Below, one piece after another: positions 26,660 to 31,570 of a DNA stretch of 31,570 bases (position 1 is the first letter of the stretch; each line of letters begins with the position of its first letter). The stretch spans positions 4,132-35,701 of the forward strand of contig JAJOKQ010000136.1 of NCBI GenBank assembly GCA_021129785.1, read 5' to 3'. The notes below the pieces were generated by a model. That model was given only the letters and a program-made list of their open reading frames with translations. It did no database searches and was not told where the DNA came from. The position numbers and the translations under genes are program-made. The DNA is from Clostridiales bacterium. Lineage in GTDB: Bacteria > Bacillota > Clostridia > Peptostreptococcales > NVVX01.

Positions 26660-29173
26660 ATGACAGAACTAAATTTGAATCAAATAGTCGATAAATTAAA
26701 TAGTGAATTCAAGTCTGATGTTCGTAAACTTGTATTTTGGTACGATGCCAATGCTGAGTTTGTATCGGATATTGAATCACTTGAGTTAGAAAATGCCAAA
26801 GTCTTAAGGCTTGAGCGAGATAATCAGTTCCATATTAAGTATGTTTTAGAGCGTGAAGATAATGAAACGAATTACTTGGTTTATGCGCCATTTCCAAAGC
26901 CTGCTCTTCGAGATAATCACCTAGCAGATACAATCCGTTATTCTAAGGAGTTTTTTGCAGACCGTACATCTTTATTGGCTATTGATTTGGGCATTGATGA
27001 GAAGTACAAGCCTGTGTTACAGAAGTATAACAAATTCTTTAAGGCAAAAGAGCGCATTCAAAAGTTTTATAATCTTGAAATTGAAAACTTTAATAAACAA
27101 GTCATTGAAACGGCACTGATGAGCGTTATCTGTAAAACGAAAGTTGTTTCTTTTGAAGAGAGTGTCAGGACAATTATTGCAGAAGGTAACTTTGAAGAGA
27201 ATAGATATCTAGCGGATTTTGAAAAGTATGATTTGATAGATCCATTTTGGAAAATGTGCGAAGAAACCTTTGGCTATACAGATGTTACACCATCATTAAC
27301 TAAATTTGTATATACCTTGTTTGTAACTTATTCATCTAAAGTGGTTCATACAGCACTGCCACAGGCATGGAAGAATTATTGTTCTTACAAATCAGGAAAT
27401 ATTATTGCTTTTCTGGATAGCTTAATGAATAGCATAATCTACAACGATGTTTTTCAAGAACTGTCTCAAATGACCTATAGCCAGTTAAAGGGAGACACAG
27501 TCTTTGAACGTATAGATGTTGAAGAATTGATTGATTGCGAGCTATTTCGTAAGATAGATGTATTTGTAATAAAGTGGTTGATTGGAAGACTTGAGAATGA
27601 AGATGTTGATGCTAAATTAAATGGTGCTTTGATACCTGAAATTTGTCAGAAAAGAAGAAAGATGCATTATGGGAAAGCGTATGAGTCTCATTATTATGTG
27701 CTTGAAAATGCCTACCACTTGATTAAAGCAGCTAGATATGAACCTAAGAAAGAGATAGATGCCATAATAAAAGAATATGTAACAAAAGATTATTCTGTTG
27801 ACCAAAACTACAGGTATTTCTATTATCATTTTGATAAAATTTCAAATAATACGCCTTATGATACCCTTCGTGATCTTATAGAAAATGTTTACACGAATAA
27901 ATTCTTGGATAAATTGTCAGTGGCTTGGACTAGAGCCTTTGAAGATAACAAGACAAAAGCAGGAATTTTAAAGCAACAAGAGTTTTACAATAAATATCTG
28001 AGATCAGCAAAAGAGCGTACGGTGGTAATCATTTCAGATGCACTCAGATATGAAGTGGGTCAAACGTTATTGAATCGTTTGGATAATGATGAGAAATGTA
28101 CAGCTTCATTAGCTCCTATGTTGAGTGTCTTACCTTCATGTACAAGATTTGGAATGTCGGCGTTACTGCCACATAAAGAATTAGTTATGAGTGATGACTT
28201 TAAGGTATTAGTTGATGGCAAAGTATGCGATGATCTTAAAGCAAGAGAACAAATTTTGAAGTCTTATGTACTAAATAGTAAAACGGTTCAATTTGATGAT
28301 ATAAAGAACATGAAAATTTCTGACTTAAAGGAAATTTTTACAGGGCAGGATATTGTATATGTTTATCATAATCAAGTGGACGCCAGAGGCGATAAGTTAA
28401 ACACAGAGAATGAAGTATTCAATGCGTGTGAAGAAGCAGTTGAAGAGATTCATACAATGATTAAAAGGCTTACAAGTGCAAATAATATTCACTTTATAAT
28501 TACTGCTGACCATGGATTTATCTATAAACGAGACAAGCTTGCTGAAAGTGATAAAATTAGTGGGTTTGATAAGAAGAATGCTTTTGTAGGAAGACGTTAT
28601 ATTGTAGCAGATGAACCTGTTAATGCAGATGGTATAGCAAGCATTTTATTGGGTGATATATTAAATAATGATGATCAAAGGATTATATCGGTCCCTGTTG
28701 GTAGTGATGTATTTAAAGTATCAGGTGGGGGTCAAAACTTTGTTCACGGAGGCGCATCGATACAGGAATTAATTATTCCGATTATTGATGTGAAAACCAA
28801 TAAATATCATACGGAAACTAAATCAGTGAGCATAAGATTAGTTAGTTTAGTTAATAAGATTACCAATCTTACTACAAATCTAGACTTCATTCAATATGAT
28901 CCTGTTTCAGATATATTTAAAGAAACAACATATAAGGTGTTCTTTATTTCTGATGACAATGAGAAAATATCCAATGACAATATATATGTAGCGGATAAGA
29001 AAGATAAAGACGCTAGTAAACGAATTTTTCGATTGAAGTTTACTTTTAAGAACAAGAAGTATGATAGAAATAGAAAGTATTATCTAGTTGCCTATGATGA
29101 GAAGAATTCATTAGAAGTTATAAGACATGAAATTCAAATGGATTTGGCGTTTGTAGATGATTTTGGCTTCTAG
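26660..29173 (+). CDS. pglZ: BREX-1 PglZ (alkaline-phosphatase-fold phosphoesterase)
   Basis: VFWYD N-terminus and metal-binding motifs IISDALRYE, LPSCT, HNQVDARGD, TADHGF and FVHGG. Confidence 0.95.
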   Translation: MTELNLNQIVDKLNSEFKSDVRKLVFWYDANAEFVSDIESLELENAKVLRLERDNQFHIKYVLEREDNETNYLVYAPFPKPALRDNHLADTIRYSKEFFADRTSLLAIDLGIDEKYKPVLQKYNKFFKAKERIQKFYNLEIENFNKQVIETALMSVICKTKVVSFEESVRTIIAEGNFEENRYLADFEKYDLIDPFWKMCEETFGYTDVTPSLTKFVYTLFVTYSSKVVHTALPQAWKNYCSYKSGNIIAFLDSLMNSIIYNDVFQELSQMTYSQLKGDTVFERIDVEELIDCELFRKIDVFVIKWLIGRLENEDVDAKLNGALIPEICQKRRKMHYGKAYESHYYVLENAYHLIKAARYEPKKEIDAIIKEYVTKDYSVDQNYRYFYYHFDKISNNTPYDTLRDLIENVYTNKFLDKLSVAWTRAFEDNKTKAGILKQQEFYNKYLRSAKERTVVIISDALRYEVGQTLLNRLDNDEKCTASLAPMLSVLPSCTRFGMSALLPHKELVMSDDFKVLVDGKVCDDLKAREQILKSYVLNSKTVQFDDIKNMKISDLKEIFTGQDIVYVYHNQVDARGDKLNTENEVFNACEEAVEEIHTMIKRLTSANNIHFIITADHGFIYKRDKLAESDKISGFDKKNAFVGRRYIVADEPVNADGIASILLGDILNNDDQRIISVPVGSDVFKVSGGGQNFVHGGASIQELIIPIIDVKTNKYHTETKSVSIRLVSLVNKITNLTTNLDFIQYDPVSDIFKETTYKVFFISDDNEKISNDNIYVADKKDKDASKRIFRLKFTFKNKKYDRNRKYYLVAYDEKNSLEVIRHEIQMDLAFVDDFGF

Positions 29174-29196
29174 ATAAGATGCAGGAGGAAAGCAGA

Positions 29197-31266
29197 ATGA
29201 TTAAAGATGATGTAATTGAAGAAATGGATAATCCAACTGCTGTGATCAACAAAAAACTTAGGCAGTACTTTGATGGGAAAATAGTCCGTAAAGATTTAAC
29301 TAAATCCATAAAAGAAGGGGCAAATGTTCCTGTATATGTTTTGGAATTTCTTCTAGGACAATATTGTAGTTCAGATGATCCTGAAATTATTGAAGAAGGT
29401 GTAAGTACAGTTAAAAGAATCTTAGCGGATAATTTTGTTCGACCGGATGAAGCACAAAAAGTGTTGTCAATGCTGAGAGAGCGTGGAAGCTATACTGTTA
29501 TTGATCGTATTACTGCAAAACTAAATATTAAACAAGACAGATATGAGGCTGAATTTTCTAATCTAGGAATTACGAATATTCTTTTAGAACCTTCTTATGT
29601 GTCTGACTTTGACCGATTGTTAGTTGGTGGTATTTGGTGTATTGTTCAGTTGGAGTATGAGTTTCATGAAGAAGATAGAAGAGCAACACCGATACGTGTG
29701 CGAAAACTTACACCGATTCAGATGCCACATGTTGATATGGATGAATATAAGGTTCTGAGAGCAGAATTTACCAAGTCTGAATGGATTGATGTCTTGCTAC
29801 GTTCAACTGGTATGGAATCTAATAAATTTACTGAAAGAGAAAAATGGCTATTACTGGCTAGAATGATACCGTTAGTAGAAAACAACTTCAATCTATGTGA
29901 GTTAGGACCAAGAAGCACAGGAAAGTCTCATATATACAAAGAAATATCCCCTAATAGTATCTTGGTTTCAGGTGGTCAGACAACGGTTGCCAACTTATTT
30001 TACAACATGGCAAGGAAAACAGTCGGACTTGTAGGCATGTGGGATTGTGTCGCTTTTGATGAGGTTGCCGGTATTACATTTAAAGATAAAGATGGCATTC
30101 AAATTATGAAGGACTATATGGCATCCGGTTCCTTTGCACGTGGTAAAGAAGAAAAAGCAGCAAGTGCTTCCATGGTGTTTGTTGGCAATGTTAACCAAAG
30201 TGTAGATGTACTACTTAAAACTTCGCATTTATTTGATCCTTTTCCAGAAGCAATAGCATATGATACAGCATTTCTTGATAGAATGCATTGTTATGTTCCT
30301 GGATGGGAGATCCCTAAATATAGACCAGATTTTTTTACCGATGAATATGGATTTATTACGGACTATTTATCAGAAGTCATGAGGGAACTGCGTAAAGAAC
30401 AGTTTAGTGATGTTAGTGATAAATTCTTTAAGTTTGGTTCCAACTTGAATCAACGTGATGTTATAGCGGTTAGGAAGATGATTTCTGGTTTTACTAAGTT
30501 ATTATATCCTGATGGCAAATTTACAAAAGAAGATATTGCTGAAATCATGAGAATCTCTCTGGAAATGCGCCGTAGAGTAAAAGAGCAACTTAAAAAAATT
30601 GGTGGAATGGAATTCTATGATGTGAATTTTTCATATGTAGACAATGAGACATTCGAAGAAAACTATGTTTCAGTCATGGAGCAAGGTGGCGGCAAGTTAA
30701 TACCTGAAGGCATGACCAATCCTGGACATGTGTATACGATATCAAGAGGAAAAACAGGAATGACAGGCGTATATCGTCTTGAGACACAGGTATTACCTGG
30801 AACAGGTAAATTTGAAAGAACTGGCTTAGGATCAGATAGAGATGCCAAAGAAGCTACCAATACAGCATTCAACTACTTAAAAGCATATGGGAAATCAATA
30901 AGCAACTCAATCAGCACTACTTCAAAAGATTATATTGTTAATTATCAAGATCTTAATGGTTTAGGCATGACAAATAAATTGACATTGCCATCACTAATTG
31001 CTATTTGTTCAGCAGCACTGAGCAAGCCAACATTGTCAAGTATGGCTGTTTTAGGTGATATCAGCATCAGTGGAACAATTATTGATGTTGATGAATTGGC
31101 AAGTACATTACAAGTGTGTTTAGACAATGGTGCTAAGAAAGTATTGTTACCAATAACTGCAGCGGCAAGTCTTGGAACTGTTCCTTCGGATTTAGTGGGG
31201 GCATTTAGTTTGATATTTTATTCTACTCCACAGGAGGCTGTGTTTAAAGCGCTTGGGGTTGAATAG
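29197..31266 (+). CDS. brxL: BREX AAA+/Lon-like protein BrxL
   Basis: FDGKIVRKDL, YVLEFLLGQYC, Walker A ELGPRSTGKS, VAFDEVAG, AFLDRMH, and a C-terminal Lon-like domain. Start at ATG 29197 behind GGAGG. Confidence 0.95.
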   Translation: MIKDDVIEEMDNPTAVINKKLRQYFDGKIVRKDLTKSIKEGANVPVYVLEFLLGQYCSSDDPEIIEEGVSTVKRILADNFVRPDEAQKVLSMLRERGSYTVIDRITAKLNIKQDRYEAEFSNLGITNILLEPSYVSDFDRLLVGGIWCIVQLEYEFHEEDRRATPIRVRKLTPIQMPHVDMDEYKVLRAEFTKSEWIDVLLRSTGMESNKFTEREKWLLLARMIPLVENNFNLCELGPRSTGKSHIYKEISPNSILVSGGQTTVANLFYNMARKTVGLVGMWDCVAFDEVAGITFKDKDGIQIMKDYMASGSFARGKEEKAASASMVFVGNVNQSVDVLLKTSHLFDPFPEAIAYDTAFLDRMHCYVPGWEIPKYRPDFFTDEYGFITDYLSEVMRELRKEQFSDVSDKFFKFGSNLNQRDVIAVRKMISGFTKLLYPDGKFTKEDIAEIMRISLEMRRRVKEQLKKIGGMEFYDVNFSYVDNETFEENYVSVMEQGGGKLIPEGMTNPGHVYTISRGKTGMTGVYRLETQVLPGTGKFERTGLGSDRDAKEATNTAFNYLKAYGKSISNSISTTSKDYIVNYQDLNGLGMTNKLTLPSLIAICSAALSKPTLSSMAVLGDISISGTIIDVDELASTLQVCLDNGAKKVLLPITAAASLGTVPSDLVGAFSLIFYSTPQEAVFKALGVE

Positions 31267-31269
31267 GGG

Positions 31270-31303
31270 ATATTGTCTTTTTAGACACGTTAAAAGGCAA
31301 TAT
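31270..31303 (+). terminator. Hairpin after brxL (terminator or attenuator)
   Basis: ATATTGTCTTTT / AAAAGGCAATAT stem (one G-U pair) with a weak T tail. Confidence 0.4.
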
Positions 31304-31399
31304 TAATTTGAATGGAATTTAGAAAATGTGAATTTAAATAGATGGATTGCCTGAAACCAGAAAGATATTGTATGAAGCAAATAACGGGAGGTGAACATT

Positions 31400-31570
31400 T
31401 TGCAAAAATTGACACTGAATTTAAGAAATTGTTATGGGATAGAAAAATTGAACTGTGAGTTCGATTACTCACAGAAGTCGGTGAATCTGTTATATGCAAG
31501 AAATGGTCTTATGAAGACTTGGCTAACCAAAACTTTTAGGAAACTGCAAAAAATAAGGAAAATGAAATTT
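31400..31570 (+). CDS. N-terminus of an ABC/SMC-like ATPase (RloC/PrrC-like defence class suspected), truncated by the window end
   Basis: RBS GGGAGG at 31386-31391, TTG start, frame open to the window end: MQKLTLNLRNCYGIEKLNCEFDYSQKSVNLLYARNGLMKTWLTKTF... This is the ABC-ATPase N-terminal beta pattern with a variant Walker A (ARNGLMKT). Confidence 0.7.
   Translation, partial: MQKLTLNLRNCYGIEKLNCEFDYSQKSVNLLYARNGLMKTWLTKTFRKLQKIRKMKF

Larger units (their letters stand above)
16730..31570. mobile_element. Putative defence island integrated at the rlmD 3' end (right boundary outside the window)
   Basis: Abrupt switch from housekeeping to defence genes straight after the conserved HVETV motif of rlmD, a known island integration hotspot in Firmicutes. 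No integrase or att duplicate within the window. Confidence 0.55.

Noticed and set aside
31290-31499. Minus-strand 69-aa ORF
   Set aside because: It overlaps the better-supported plus-strand ATPase start, which has an RBS and motifs.

Overview
A low-GC, Clostridia-like Firmicute chromosomal segment (taxonomy is inferred from gene content and composition). The left half (1-16.76 kb) is mostly housekeeping: nth, an FtsA/actin-fold ATPase with a long beta-grasp-like C-terminal extension, an IS3 transposase relic, an NhaC-family transporter overlapping dnaE, a small conserved protein, pfkA-pyk, ung, fxsA, a 4Fe-4S aldo/keto reductase, a secreted double-GerMN protein and rlmD. The right half (about 16.73-31.57 kb) is a defence island starting at the 3' end of rlmD. 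It holds a complete type 1 BREX system (brxA, brxB, brxC, pglX, pglZ, brxL) whose six core ORFs are intact. A pseudogenised Cro/C1 HTH gene precedes it. An unknown ~289-aa gene, apparently frameshifted, sits between brxC and pglX. The N-terminus of an ABC/SMC-like ATPase, missing from the ORF track, follows brxL and runs off the window. I found no rRNA, tRNA, CRISPR array or integrase. All calls are from manual motif reading; no searches were run.
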